Part shown: positions 8,668-16,744 of the stretch, in pieces
How positions within the stretch are numbered: position 1 is the stretch's first letter
How the letters are laid out: each line of letters starts with the position of its first letter
Assembly: GCA_021159445.1 (NCBI GenBank)
Contig: JAGGRV010000431.1
Span: 1-39,874 of the forward strand
Length of the DNA: 39,874 nt
Direction: 5' to 3'
From: Deltaproteobacteria bacterium
Lineage (GTDB): Bacteria; Desulfobacterota; Dissulfuribacteria; Dissulfuribacterales; UBA3076
Translations under genes and position numbers: made by a program
The notes under the pieces: generated by a model
What the model saw: the letters and a program-made list of their open reading frames with translations, nothing else
The model's database searches: none
Told to the model about the DNA's origin: nothing

Positions 8668-9171
8668 ATGAATGATCAATCAACCATTCGAGTTATTCGA
8701 GTTTTACTGGTAGACGATGAAGCGACTTTGCTTGAATACCTGTCCAAGCGCCTTCTTAGACAGGGCCATACAGTAAAGGCCACTTTCTCCGGCGAGGAGG
8801 CTATCGAGGCGGCAAAACAAGAGCATTTTGATGTGGCAGTTGTCGATTTAAAGATGCCGGGGATAGACGGGGTTGAGACGCAAGCGAGGCTTAGAGAGAT
8901 CCAACCATTCCTGCAATGCATCGTATTGACCGGCCATGGTTCCATAGAAAGCGCTTTGGAGAGTGGCCACGAAGAAGCCTTTCAATATTTGCTCAAACCC
9001 GTTGACTATGAAAATCTTGTGGCAGTCATTAAAGAAGCGTACGAGAAGAAAATGAAGTTACAGGAAGCAAAATTTCAAGAGCAACTGGAAGAACTTCACC
9101 ACCATGGGATGGGGGCACGCGGGATGAAAAATGCCATTGCCGAGTTGCGCAAGATCTATGGATTCGAATAA
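8668..9171 (+). CDS. Response-regulator receiver with a short C-terminal coiled tail
   Basis: 167-aa ORF with an AAGGAG RBS. Motifs: LLVDDE, VVDLKMPGIDG, VLTGHG, LKP. Confidence 0.85.
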   Translation: MNDQSTIRVIRVLLVDDEATLLEYLSKRLLRQGHTVKATFSGEEAIEAAKQEHFDVAVVDLKMPGIDGVETQARLREIQPFLQCIVLTGHGSIESALESGHEEAFQYLLKPVDYENLVAVIKEAYEKKMKLQEAKFQEQLEELHHHGMGARGMKNAIAELRKIYGFE

Positions 9172-10312
9172 CTCTCTGGAGACCGAGCTGAAAAAGGCCA
9201 GGCAAGAACTGGCCGGTTATAAGATAGAGTTACATCAGACCAGGGGCTATCTTCAGTGTATTCTGCAAAATTCTGAGGATATGATCTTTGCTACTGAAGT
9301 TGGCGGAATGCTGATTTCCTTTAGCAAGGGCGGTGAAAAGGTGCTGGGTTACTCCTTTATGGAATTAATAGGTACCTACATAAAGGATTTAGCTGAAGAC
9401 CCTGTATCATTTGAGGAGTTTTTTGACTCCTCCGGGCAGGATGGCCCCGCAGTGCAGTTGGACATCCCCTTTCGACACAAGGAGGGAGGCACGGTTTATT
9501 TCAATGTTTCCCTTATAAACCTGACAAACAGGGAAGGCCAAAGTGTGGGCACGGTCGGAGTGTGCAGGGACATTACCCTGTGGAAGAAGATCCAGGAAGA
9601 CCTGGTCCGAATCGACAGACTGGCGGAAATAGGGAGGATAGCAGCCGGGGTCGCCCACGAAATCAATAATCCTCTGGCAATTATTGGCGAGGCTTCGGGA
9701 TGGGCCGGCGTGGTAATCAGCGACGCTAAAGGCCTAAGTCCTGAGGACCGGGAAGAACTGGAAAAGGCCACCAAAGAGATCGGCCACCAGACCAAGCGCT
9801 GTCGCAGTATAACCCATGAATTATTGGACTTCGCCCGTGGTTCAACCCCGGCATTAACCGAATTTGATATCCACGACGTGATCAGAGACAGCATTAGTTT
9901 TCTCAAACCCGAACTCAAACACACATCCATAGAAATCGATACTCAGTTTATGCCAGGTCCCCTACTCATGAAATCTGATCCAAAGTTGTTGGAGCAGGTC
10001 TTTGTAAATTTCATTACCAATGCCATTCATGCTATCCGAAGTAAGGGGGAAGACAAAGGGTATATCCGGATAAAGACCCTTTCAATAAACTCGGATGTGG
10101 AGATAAGTTTTGAAGACAGTGGTACTGGGATCACGGAGGAAAACCAGAAAAAGATCTTTCAACTGTTTTTTTCCACCAAAGCTCCGGGCAAGGGGACAGG
10201 CCTTGGCCTCTCAATCAGCCAGAATATAGTAAAGAAGTTGGGCGGAACCATCACTCTTGACAGCAAGCCTGGAGTCGGCACCAACTTCACCGTGCGACTT
10301 CCGCTCTCCTAG
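9158..10312 (+). CDS. PAS-domain sensor histidine kinase
   Basis: The H-box is GVAHEINNPL. The N, G1 and G2 boxes are NAIHA, FEDSGTGI and GKGTGLGLSIS. ATG 9158 is preferred over the ORF-track start 9131 and overlaps the preceding gene by 14 nt. Confidence 0.85.
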   Translation: MDSNNSLETELKKARQELAGYKIELHQTRGYLQCILQNSEDMIFATEVGGMLISFSKGGEKVLGYSFMELIGTYIKDLAEDPVSFEEFFDSSGQDGPAVQLDIPFRHKEGGTVYFNVSLINLTNREGQSVGTVGVCRDITLWKKIQEDLVRIDRLAEIGRIAAGVAHEINNPLAIIGEASGWAGVVISDAKGLSPEDREELEKATKEIGHQTKRCRSITHELLDFARGSTPALTEFDIHDVIRDSISFLKPELKHTSIEIDTQFMPGPLLMKSDPKLLEQVFVNFITNAIHAIRSKGEDKGYIRIKTLSINSDVEISFEDSGTGITEENQKKIFQLFFSTKAPGKGTGLGLSISQNIVKKLGGTITLDSKPGVGTNFTVRLPLS

Positions 10313-10315
10313 GTT

Positions 10316-10368
10316 GGCAAAAAAATGCCTAAATAATCTTTTCCTTATTTATGCGGCATTATTTTGCC
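10316..10368. promoter_or_regulatory. Two GGCA-N6-TGCC dyads, candidate enhancer (UAS) for the mrp sigma54 promoter
   Basis: GGCAaaaaaaTGCC lies at 10316-10329 and GGCAttatttTGCC at 10355-10368. Their centres are 148 and 109 nt upstream of the -24 GG. Confidence 0.4.
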
Positions 10369-10468
10369 ACTTTCTAACGCCGTTCAATCTGTTCCAGTCT
10401 CAAAACAAATTAGAACAAAAACTGTAAAATCAGTGTGTTAAATAGCAATACGGCAATCAATAAGTGGC

Positions 10469-10484
10469 TGGCACATCTATTGCT
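10469..10484 (+). promoter_or_regulatory. Sigma54 (-24/-12) promoter of the mrp-like operon
   Basis: CTGGCACATCTATTGCTA matches TGGCAC-N5-TTGC exactly. It lies about 70 nt upstream of the first mrp gene and downstream of a sigma54 activator gene. Confidence 0.65.
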
Positions 10485-10555
10485 ATTAAACAGTCAAATC
10501 GTCTCTTCTGTTTCCCAAAATTGCAAACCGATCAAAAATAGGGGAGGGACACCTG

Positions 10556-11131
10556 TTGGACAAGCAAGAGGAAAAAGGGCTGGGGCACGAGCACAATACC
10601 AGCAAAGTAGAAAACTCGGATCAAGGTCCAGGGCGCCGAAAGAGTTTTGGCCTTTATGTGGTTACATTCTTTATCATGTTCGGCGTCTGGGTCGTCCTTT
10701 CAGGCAAATTTGATCCCTTTCATCTCAGCCTCGGGGTCATCTCCTGCGCCATCGTGGCTTACCTTTCGGCCGACCTGTTGCGTCCCACCGTAAGAGGTCT
10801 TTTAATTCTGTTGGTCCGATGGGTCCCGTATCTCCTGTGGCTGATGAAGGAGATCTTCAAAGCAAACCTTCATGTTACATATCTTGTCTTCCATCCAAGG
10901 ATGATGGATCTGATCGATCCCAAAATTGTTAAATTCCGAAGCAAGCTGGAAGGCGACCTGGCCCTAGTCACCTTTGCCGATTCGATTACCCTCACTCCCG
11001 GCACTATTACAGTCAATGTATCACCCGATGGTGATTTTAAGGTTCATGCCATTGACAAGGCGTCTGGTGAGCCCCTGCCAGGCGAGATGGAGGCCAGGAT
11101 TGCCAAGGCATTTGGGGAGTCTGATGGATAG
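10556..11131 (+). CDS. mrpE: Mrp/Mnh antiporter subunit E (MbhA-like)
   Basis: 191-aa ORF with a TTG start 7 nt after GGGGAGGG. It has TM helices and an MnhE-like C-terminal half (ITLTPGTI). Confidence 0.82.
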   Translation: MDKQEEKGLGHEHNTSKVENSDQGPGRRKSFGLYVVTFFIMFGVWVVLSGKFDPFHLSLGVISCAIVAYLSADLLRPTVRGLLILLVRWVPYLLWLMKEIFKANLHVTYLVFHPRMMDLIDPKIVKFRSKLEGDLALVTFADSITLTPGTITVNVSPDGDFKVHAIDKASGEPLPGEMEARIAKAFGESDG

Positions 11132-11411
11132 TATATTTTTGTACTCGAGTCTTTACTTGGCCTTTCTGATGGTCCTTTCCTTAATCCGGGCCTTGATTGG
11201 ACCCACGGTCCTGGACCGGATGATTGGCGTCAATGCCATCGGGAGCAAGAGTGTCGTATTGCTGATCCTGATCGGTTTTCTCTACCATCGGGTGGATATG
11301 TTCGTAGACATTGCCCTGGCCTATGCCATGCTGAATTTTATCGCAGTGCTTGCGGCTTCAAGATACTTTCAAAAGCGTAAAGGATTGTACGATGAAGCGC
11401 TGTATAGGTAA
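11124..11411 (+). CDS. mrpF: Mrp/Mnh antiporter subunit F (MbhB-like)
   Basis: ATG 11124 overlaps the mrpE stop. The 95-aa product contains LIRALIGPTVLDRMIGVNAIG, which is typical of MnhF. The longer ORF-track start 10974 overlaps mrpE and is rejected. Confidence 0.82.
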   Translation: MDSIFLYSSLYLAFLMVLSLIRALIGPTVLDRMIGVNAIGSKSVVLLILIGFLYHRVDMFVDIALAYAMLNFIAVLAASRYFQKRKGLYDEALYR

Positions 11412-11499
11412 AATTTATTTACTGATTCTCGTAGCCAGGACAGGCGGCATGCCAATGCCCGCAACAGGGGTTCACGTGGGGTCCGGGAGGTTTCGATAG

Positions 11500-11832
11500 A
11501 TGGATATCATGAATATCATTGTATGCGTGCTATTGTTCTCCGGGCTGTTTTTCCTTACGGGGGGGGCAGTGGGGATCCTGCGTTTTCCTGATTTTTATTC
11601 CCGGCTCCACCCCGCAGGTAAACTTGATACCCTTGGCTCCCTTCTGGCCATGACCGCCTTTGCCCTCTTTAATCTCCATCATTTTTCTATGGGCGCCTTG
11701 CTGACCAGCCTGAAGATTCTCCTTATTGTCGTTTTTATATTCCTGGCCAGCCCCACAGCAACCCACGGCATAGTTGACGCCGGCGTCAGGGCCGGTTTGG
11801 CCCCGTGGACCAAGGGAGAGAAAAGGAGGTAA
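11500..11832 (+). CDS. mrpG: Mrp/Mnh antiporter subunit G (MbhC-like)
   Basis: 110-aa ORF with GAVGILRFPDFYSRLHPAGKLDTLG, which is typical of MnhG. Confidence 0.88.
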   Translation: MDIMNIIVCVLLFSGLFFLTGGAVGILRFPDFYSRLHPAGKLDTLGSLLAMTAFALFNLHHFSMGALLTSLKILLIVVFIFLASPTATHGIVDAGVRAGLAPWTKGEKRR

Positions 11833-11835
11833 CCC

Positions 11836-12081
11836 ATGATCTGGCCGATAGATCTGGCAATTCTCACCTTGGTCGTTGTCGCAGCCATAGGCGCCCTCAT
11901 GGTCAAGGATTTGCTGGGCGCCTCCGTACTGTTTGGGGCTTACAGCTTCATGATGTGTCTGCTCTGGTCCATCATGGGAGCAGTGGATGTAGCCTTTACC
12001 GAGGCCTCGGTTGGAGCTGGTGTCAGTACAGTCTTTTTTGTTGCCGCTGTATTCCGCACATCAAGGAGGACAAGAGATTGA
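11836..12081 (+). CDS. MbhD-like / MrpA C-terminal-domain-like small membrane subunit (DUF4040-type)
   Basis: 81-aa ORF. GAVDVAFTEASVGAGVSTVFF resembles the conserved APDVALTE..VG motif of the MbhD / MrpA C-terminal domain. Confidence 0.78.
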   Translation: MIWPIDLAILTLVVVAAIGALMVKDLLGASVLFGAYSFMMCLLWSIMGAVDVAFTEASVGAGVSTVFFVAAVFRTSRRTRD

Positions 12082-12911
12082 AGATCATCGGACTCATTAT
12101 AGTAGTCGTGACAGGCGCACTGCTTATTTACGCCGCAGCTGATTTTCCAGCGTGGTCAGACCCGGCCTCTCCGGCCAGCACATATCTTTCTCCTCACTTT
12201 ATTGAAAAAACCATGGAGGAGACCTCAGTACCCAACATCGTTACCGCTGTGCTTGCAGACTATCGTGGTTTTGACACCATGTTTGAAACCACTGTGATCT
12301 TTTCAGCAGGCGTTGTCTGTTTTTTTCTCCTGCGAATCTCTCGCCGCGAAGAGGAAGAACCTGAAACAAGGTATTACCGGCATGTCCTCACTGGCGTGAC
12401 CATCCAGCTCAAAGAGGGATACAAGATACCGCCGTCCGATGATTTTGAACGGATTGACGCCGCCTGGACACCTCCTGACCTGATTATAAAGACGGGGTGT
12501 CGAATATTGATCCCCTTTGTCCAGCTTTTTGCCCTGTATGTAATCGCCCATGGACATCACAGTCCCGGCGGCGGATTCCAGGGAGGCGTTATCCTGGGGG
12601 CAAGCATTATCCTGCTTGCCATCTCCCACGATCTGAGAACTGCTGTCAGACGAATGAGCGAAAAGCTTATGGCCATCCTTTGTGCTGTAGGCGTCTTTAT
12701 TTATGCCGGCACCGGTGCCCTCTGTCTATTATTAAAGCTGAATTTTCTAGATTATAGCGCTCTTGCGGAGGTACTTCATGTCGACCCGATTACCGCGCGA
12801 TCCCATGGCATTCTCATTGTGGAAATCGGTGTAGGGATTGCTGTCATGGCCACCATGATCTGGATCTATAACAATGTCTCATCTGCAGGCAGATACAGAC
12901 AGGGGCTTTAG
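12078..12911 (+). CDS. mrpB: MrpB/MnhB-domain subunit (MbhE+MbhF-like fusion)
   Basis: TTG 12078 lies 7 nt after AGGAGG and overlaps the preceding TGA. The MnhB signature HHSPGGGFQGGVILG is present. The ORF-track start 11805 would run antisense-free but out of context across the previous gene and is rejected. Confidence 0.8.
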   Translation: MKIIGLIIVVVTGALLIYAAADFPAWSDPASPASTYLSPHFIEKTMEETSVPNIVTAVLADYRGFDTMFETTVIFSAGVVCFFLLRISRREEEEPETRYYRHVLTGVTIQLKEGYKIPPSDDFERIDAAWTPPDLIIKTGCRILIPFVQLFALYVIAHGHHSPGGGFQGGVILGASIILLAISHDLRTAVRRMSEKLMAILCAVGVFIYAGTGALCLLLKLNFLDYSALAEVLHVDPITARSHGILIVEIGVGIAVMATMIWIYNNVSSAGRYRQGL

Positions 12912-12914
12912 GAT

Positions 12915-13313
12915 ATGACCGATCTGATTTCAACAGTTATTGCCAAATATAACTACTGGATTTACATCACCTTGATGATGATCGGGCTATACGCCATGAT
13001 TGCCAAGAACAATCTCGTAAAAAAGATCGTGGGCATGAACATCTTTCAGACCGCCATTATCTTGTTTTACGTGTCCATTGGCGTCAAAAAAGGGGCCACG
13101 ATTCCTATCTTAGAGCATGGCCACGGCCCTGATGCGCATCACGTGGTGCATGCCGTGGACTATATTAATCCATTGCCTCATGTGCTGATGCTGACCGCCA
13201 TTGTGGTAGGCGTGGCCACCCTTGGAGTGGCCCTGGCTTTGGCCATAAGGATCTACAATAACTATAACACCCTGGAAGAAGATGAAATCCTGGCGCAGAT
13301 AAGGGAAAAATGA
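12915..13313 (+). CDS. mrpC: Mrp/Mnh antiporter subunit C (NuoK-like, MbhG-like)
   Basis: 132-aa three-TM ORF with a typical MnhC N-terminus and NIFQTAIILFYV. Confidence 0.88.
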   Translation: MTDLISTVIAKYNYWIYITLMMIGLYAMIAKNNLVKKIVGMNIFQTAIILFYVSIGVKKGATIPILEHGHGPDAHHVVHAVDYINPLPHVLMLTAIVVGVATLGVALALAIRIYNNYNTLEEDEILAQIREK

Positions 13314-14800
13314 ACGAACAGTATCCTGCACTCCTTGTCGTTGTCCCGCTTCTGTCGGCCCTTGTCGTCAGTATTGCCGGATGGGTAAACAAGAGATTGT
13401 GCTTCCCTGTTGCTGTGGCTGCCCTGGGTATGGCTGCCTGGTCAGCCGTTGGTCTGCTGCTCAGGGTCCTGGATGAAGGTGTTATCGTCTATAAATTAGG
13501 CGGATGGTCGCCCCCTATGGGCATAGCCTACTATATAGATTATCTTAATGGCCTTGTTCTGCCGGTGGTGTCCATAGTTGCCCTCCTTAATTTAATAGCA
13601 AACAAAAAGGGTATTGAGCAACAGTTTCCGGACAAAATAGGCCCCTTTTATACATTATATCTCCTGATGGTAACCGGTCTATTGGGTATTGTCGTTACAG
13701 GAGATGCCTTTAACCTGTATGTGTTGCTGGAAATAGCAGCGCTCACCGGTTACGGGCTGCTTGCCATGGGAGAGGAGCGTGCCCCGCTGGCGACCCTTAA
13801 TTACCTGTATATGGGTACAATTGGGGCCTGCTTCTATCTATTGGGCGTTGGATATCTCTATATTGTCACCGGTTCATTGAATATGGTGGATATTGCCCGG
13901 TTATTGCCCCCGCTTTATCAGTCTAATACCGTGCTGGCCGCTTTCATCATCTGTATGGTCGGGGTATGGCTCAAGATGGCCTTTTTCCCCCTTCACGCCT
14001 GGTTGCCCAATGCCTATACATATGCCAACTCTGCGGCCAGCAGCCTGATTGCCCCGTTGGTGACCAAGGTGATGGTCTACGTGATGATCCGCCTCATGTT
14101 GACCATTTTTACCACGGAATTTGTCTTTACCACCTTGGCCCTGAGCGACGCCGTTGTCTGGCTTGCTGTTATCGCCATTGTCATGGGCGCCGTTCTTGCC
14201 TTGGCAGAGCGCAATTTGAAAAAGATGCTGACCTACATCGTAGTGGCGGAAGTGGGCTATATGGTTGGTGGCGCATGGCTTGGAAACCGGGATGGCATGA
14301 CAGGGGCGATTCTCCATATTGTAAACGATGCCCTGATGACACTTTGCGTCTTTATGGTTGTGGGCAATATTGTCTACAAGGTCAAAGGATATGCCTTTGA
14401 GGACCTGAAGGGGTTGTTCCGTAAAATGCCCTTTACCATGGGGGCCTTGGTAGTAGGCGCCATGTCCATTATCGGGGTGCCGCCAACCTGCGGTTTTTTC
14501 AGCAAGTGGTATCTGATCGTCGGGGCCATTTCTTCCGGCCACTACTGTTTTATGGCGGCACTTATATTCAGCAGTCTGGTCAGTGTGGTCCTGTTTTTCA
14601 GGGTCTTTGAGATCTGCTTTTACGAGCCTTTTAGCAATCATCACGGGCATGATAATCATCCGGGAGGCATGGATGAGGCCCCGGTCAGCATGGTCGTTCC
14701 GCTCTTGGTCGTAGCTGTCATCCTGATCCTGGTCGGTCTATATACAGGTGATATTGTCAACCATGTTATCCAATTCGCCATTCCAGAGGCAATGGTGTGA
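13310..14800 (+). CDS. mrpD: MrpD-type (NuoM/N-like) proton-conducting antiporter subunit
   Basis: 496-aa polytopic ORF with start and stop overlaps to its neighbours. It has the conserved FFPLHAWLP and HIVNDALMT-type motifs of the PF00361 family. Confidence 0.88.
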   Translation: MNEQYPALLVVVPLLSALVVSIAGWVNKRLCFPVAVAALGMAAWSAVGLLLRVLDEGVIVYKLGGWSPPMGIAYYIDYLNGLVLPVVSIVALLNLIANKKGIEQQFPDKIGPFYTLYLLMVTGLLGIVVTGDAFNLYVLLEIAALTGYGLLAMGEERAPLATLNYLYMGTIGACFYLLGVGYLYIVTGSLNMVDIARLLPPLYQSNTVLAAFIICMVGVWLKMAFFPLHAWLPNAYTYANSAASSLIAPLVTKVMVYVMIRLMLTIFTTEFVFTTLALSDAVVWLAVIAIVMGAVLALAERNLKKMLTYIVVAEVGYMVGGAWLGNRDGMTGAILHIVNDALMTLCVFMVVGNIVYKVKGYAFEDLKGLFRKMPFTMGALVVGAMSIIGVPPTCGFFSKWYLIVGAISSGHYCFMAALIFSSLVSVVLFFRVFEICFYEPFSNHHGHDNHPGGMDEAPVSMVVPLLVVAVILILVGLYTGDIVNHVIQFAIPEAMV

Positions 14801-16287
14801 TGAATATGGAAACGATCATATCAATAAAGCCTTTGCTGGCCATTCTGGTTTCTTTGCTGGTTGTCCCGATTCTGGTGTTAAGCGGGAAGCGGCCGAATGT
14901 CCGCGAGGCGTGTACGTTTCTGGCGGCTGGTGTAAAATTCCTGATCATTCTCTCTATGGTGCCTGTGATTTTGAATGGTACTCAGATCGTATATACGATC
15001 GCCGAGGTCATCCCTGGAGTTGCGATAAAACTCAGGGTTGACGCCTTTGGAATGCTGTTCGCACTCGTCTCTTCTTCGCTGTGGATTGTGACATCAGCCT
15101 ATTCCATCGGTTATATGCGGGGGCTGAAAGAACACAGCCAGACCAGGTACTTCTGTTTCTTCGCCTTGGCCCTTTCAGCTACTATCGGTGTGGCTTTCTC
15201 AGCCAACCTGCTGACCCTCTATCTCTTTTACGAGATGCTTTCTTTTGCCACATATCCTCTGGTTACACACCATCAGGACCATGAGGCGCGCAGTTCAGGG
15301 CGGAAATATCTGCTCTACATCGTTGGAACCTCTATCGGGTTTGTATTACCTGCCATGCTCATCTCTTACAGCCTGGCCGGGACCCTTGATTTTTCAAGTC
15401 AGGGCTTCTTGGCCGGAACCGGATCAAAGCCCCTGATAGGGCTCCTTTGTTTTATGTTCCTTTTCGGATTTGCCAAGGCAGCGATCATGCCGTTTCATTC
15501 ATGGCTTCCGGCAGCCATGGTGGCACCCACGCCTGTAAGCGCCTTGCTGCACGCTGTGGCTGTTGTGAAGGTGGGGGTATTTTGCGTTGCCAGGGTATTG
15601 ACAGGGGTTTTTGGTACAGACCTATTGTTTTCGCTAAATTTGAACGTGCCGATCATCTATATTGCATCTTTTACTATCATGGCCGGCTCGCTCATTGCCC
15701 TGTCTCAGGACAACCTTAAAAGGCTTCTTGCCTTTTCCACCATCGCCCAACTCTCCTATATTGTCCTGGGCATCGCGCTGCTATCTCCCAAGGGGATGAC
15801 TGGCGGCATGCTCCATATTGCAATGCATGCCTTTGGGAAAATCACCCTGTTTTTCTGTGCCGGAGCGATCTTTGTAGCCACGGGTAAAAAGAACATCAGC
15901 GAGATGATAGGGATAGGCCGGAGGATGCCGGTGACCATAGCGGCTTTTTTTATCGGTTCGTTGAGCATTATAGGGATGCCCCCTTGCGGCGGCTTCATCA
16001 GCAAATGGTATCTGGTCCTGGGGACGCTCGAGGCCCATCAGATGCCGATCCTGTTTGTGCTGCTCACCAGTTCCCTTTTGAATGCCGCCTACTTCATGCC
16101 ATTTGTTTACAAGGCATTCTTCTGTAGGCCCGAAGATTCCATGTTTGAGAATAAGGTGCAAGAGGCCCCGGCTTTCTGTGTGGTGCCTTTGGTTATCACA
16201 GCGACAATTTCCGTGATTCTGCTTTTTTATCCCCAGCCTTTTCTCAGGCTGGCCAGAATGATGGTGCAAAGTATAACCGGAGTATGA
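14797..16287 (+). CDS. Second MrpD-type (NuoM/N-like) antiporter subunit
   Basis: 496-aa polytopic ORF with MPFHSWLPAAMVAPTPVSALLHA and GGMLHIAMHAFGK motifs. Confidence 0.88.
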   Translation: MMNMETIISIKPLLAILVSLLVVPILVLSGKRPNVREACTFLAAGVKFLIILSMVPVILNGTQIVYTIAEVIPGVAIKLRVDAFGMLFALVSSSLWIVTSAYSIGYMRGLKEHSQTRYFCFFALALSATIGVAFSANLLTLYLFYEMLSFATYPLVTHHQDHEARSSGRKYLLYIVGTSIGFVLPAMLISYSLAGTLDFSSQGFLAGTGSKPLIGLLCFMFLFGFAKAAIMPFHSWLPAAMVAPTPVSALLHAVAVVKVGVFCVARVLTGVFGTDLLFSLNLNVPIIYIASFTIMAGSLIALSQDNLKRLLAFSTIAQLSYIVLGIALLSPKGMTGGMLHIAMHAFGKITLFFCAGAIFVATGKKNISEMIGIGRRMPVTIAAFFIGSLSIIGMPPCGGFISKWYLVLGTLEAHQMPILFVLLTSSLLNAAYFMPFVYKAFFCRPEDSMFENKVQEAPAFCVVPLVITATISVILLFYPQPFLRLARMMVQSITGV

Positions 16288-16290
16288 GTC

Positions 16291-16431
16291 ATGACAGACG
16301 AGAGAACAGACGAAATAGAAGGCAAGATGGAACTTGGCCATGAACCTGTTCCGCCTTTTCGGACCATTTTTTGGGTAGCTATTACAATAGGTGTTTTGTA
16401 TCTGGGACTCATCTTTTTCAAGACACTTTGA
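16291..16431 (+). CDS. Candidate 46-aa single-TM peptide in the mrp operon
   Basis: It is not in the ORF track because it is under 60 aa. The ATG lies 3 nt after the preceding stop and 8 nt after GGAG. The product is MTDERTDEIEGKMELGHEPVPPFRTIFWVAITIGVLYLGLIFFKTL. Confidence 0.4.
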   Translation: MTDERTDEIEGKMELGHEPVPPFRTIFWVAITIGVLYLGLIFFKTL

Positions 16432-16483
16432 ATAAGATCGTCAGTGGTGCCGTGTTTGTTGCTCAGGCTATGGAAGGATTGTT

Positions 16484-16744
16484 ATGAAACCAGAGAACAG
16501 CGAAGACAAAAAATATTTTTTTGATAAACCTGCAAGCATGAAGATACTGGCATGGTCTTTTTTGTTATCGCTCGTTCTTCTTCTTGCCCTGGAGTTCTTT
16601 ATTCACAAGCACACTTATTTCCCCTCGGAAGAATGGCCTGAATTTTATTGTGTATTTGCCTTTGTCGGCTTTGTGGCACTTGTTCTTTCCGCAAAATATA
16701 TCCTGCGGCCCCTTGTGAAGAGACGAGAGGATTACTATGACTGA
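16484..16744 (+). CDS. Small two-TM membrane protein in the mrp operon
   Basis: 86-aa ORF with a GGAAGG RBS. Its stop overlaps the next gene's start by 8 nt. Confidence 0.55.
   Translation: MKPENSEDKKYFFDKPASMKILAWSFLLSLVLLLALEFFIHKHTYFPSEEWPEFYCVFAFVGFVALVLSAKYILRPLVKRREDYYD

Noticed and set aside
10435-10713. 92-aa ORF spanning the mrp upstream region
   Set aside because: It covers the sigma54 promoter and overlaps mrpE out of frame. Its sequence is basic and low-complexity, so it is probably not coding.
11446-11459. Fourth GGCA-N6-TGCC match (GGCAtgccaaTGCC) in the mrpF-mrpG gap
   Set aside because: The spacer is not AT-only like the other three, and no -24/-12 element follows. About one chance hit to this 8-nt pattern is expected in 40 kb.
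11805-12077. N-terminal 91 codons of ORF-track ORF 11805-12911, and the 10974 start of the mrpF ORF
   Set aside because: These extensions overlap the preceding genes in another frame and translate to Arg/Cys/His-rich non-membrane sequence. The internal starts (TTG 12078 after AGGAGG, and ATG 11124) give canonical subunit lengths.
13901-14659. 252-aa minus-strand ORF inside mrpD, and similarly 15781-16341 inside the second mrpD
   Set aside because: Both are antisense to polytopic antiporter genes. Their translations are His/Gly/Asp-rich with no membrane or domain features.
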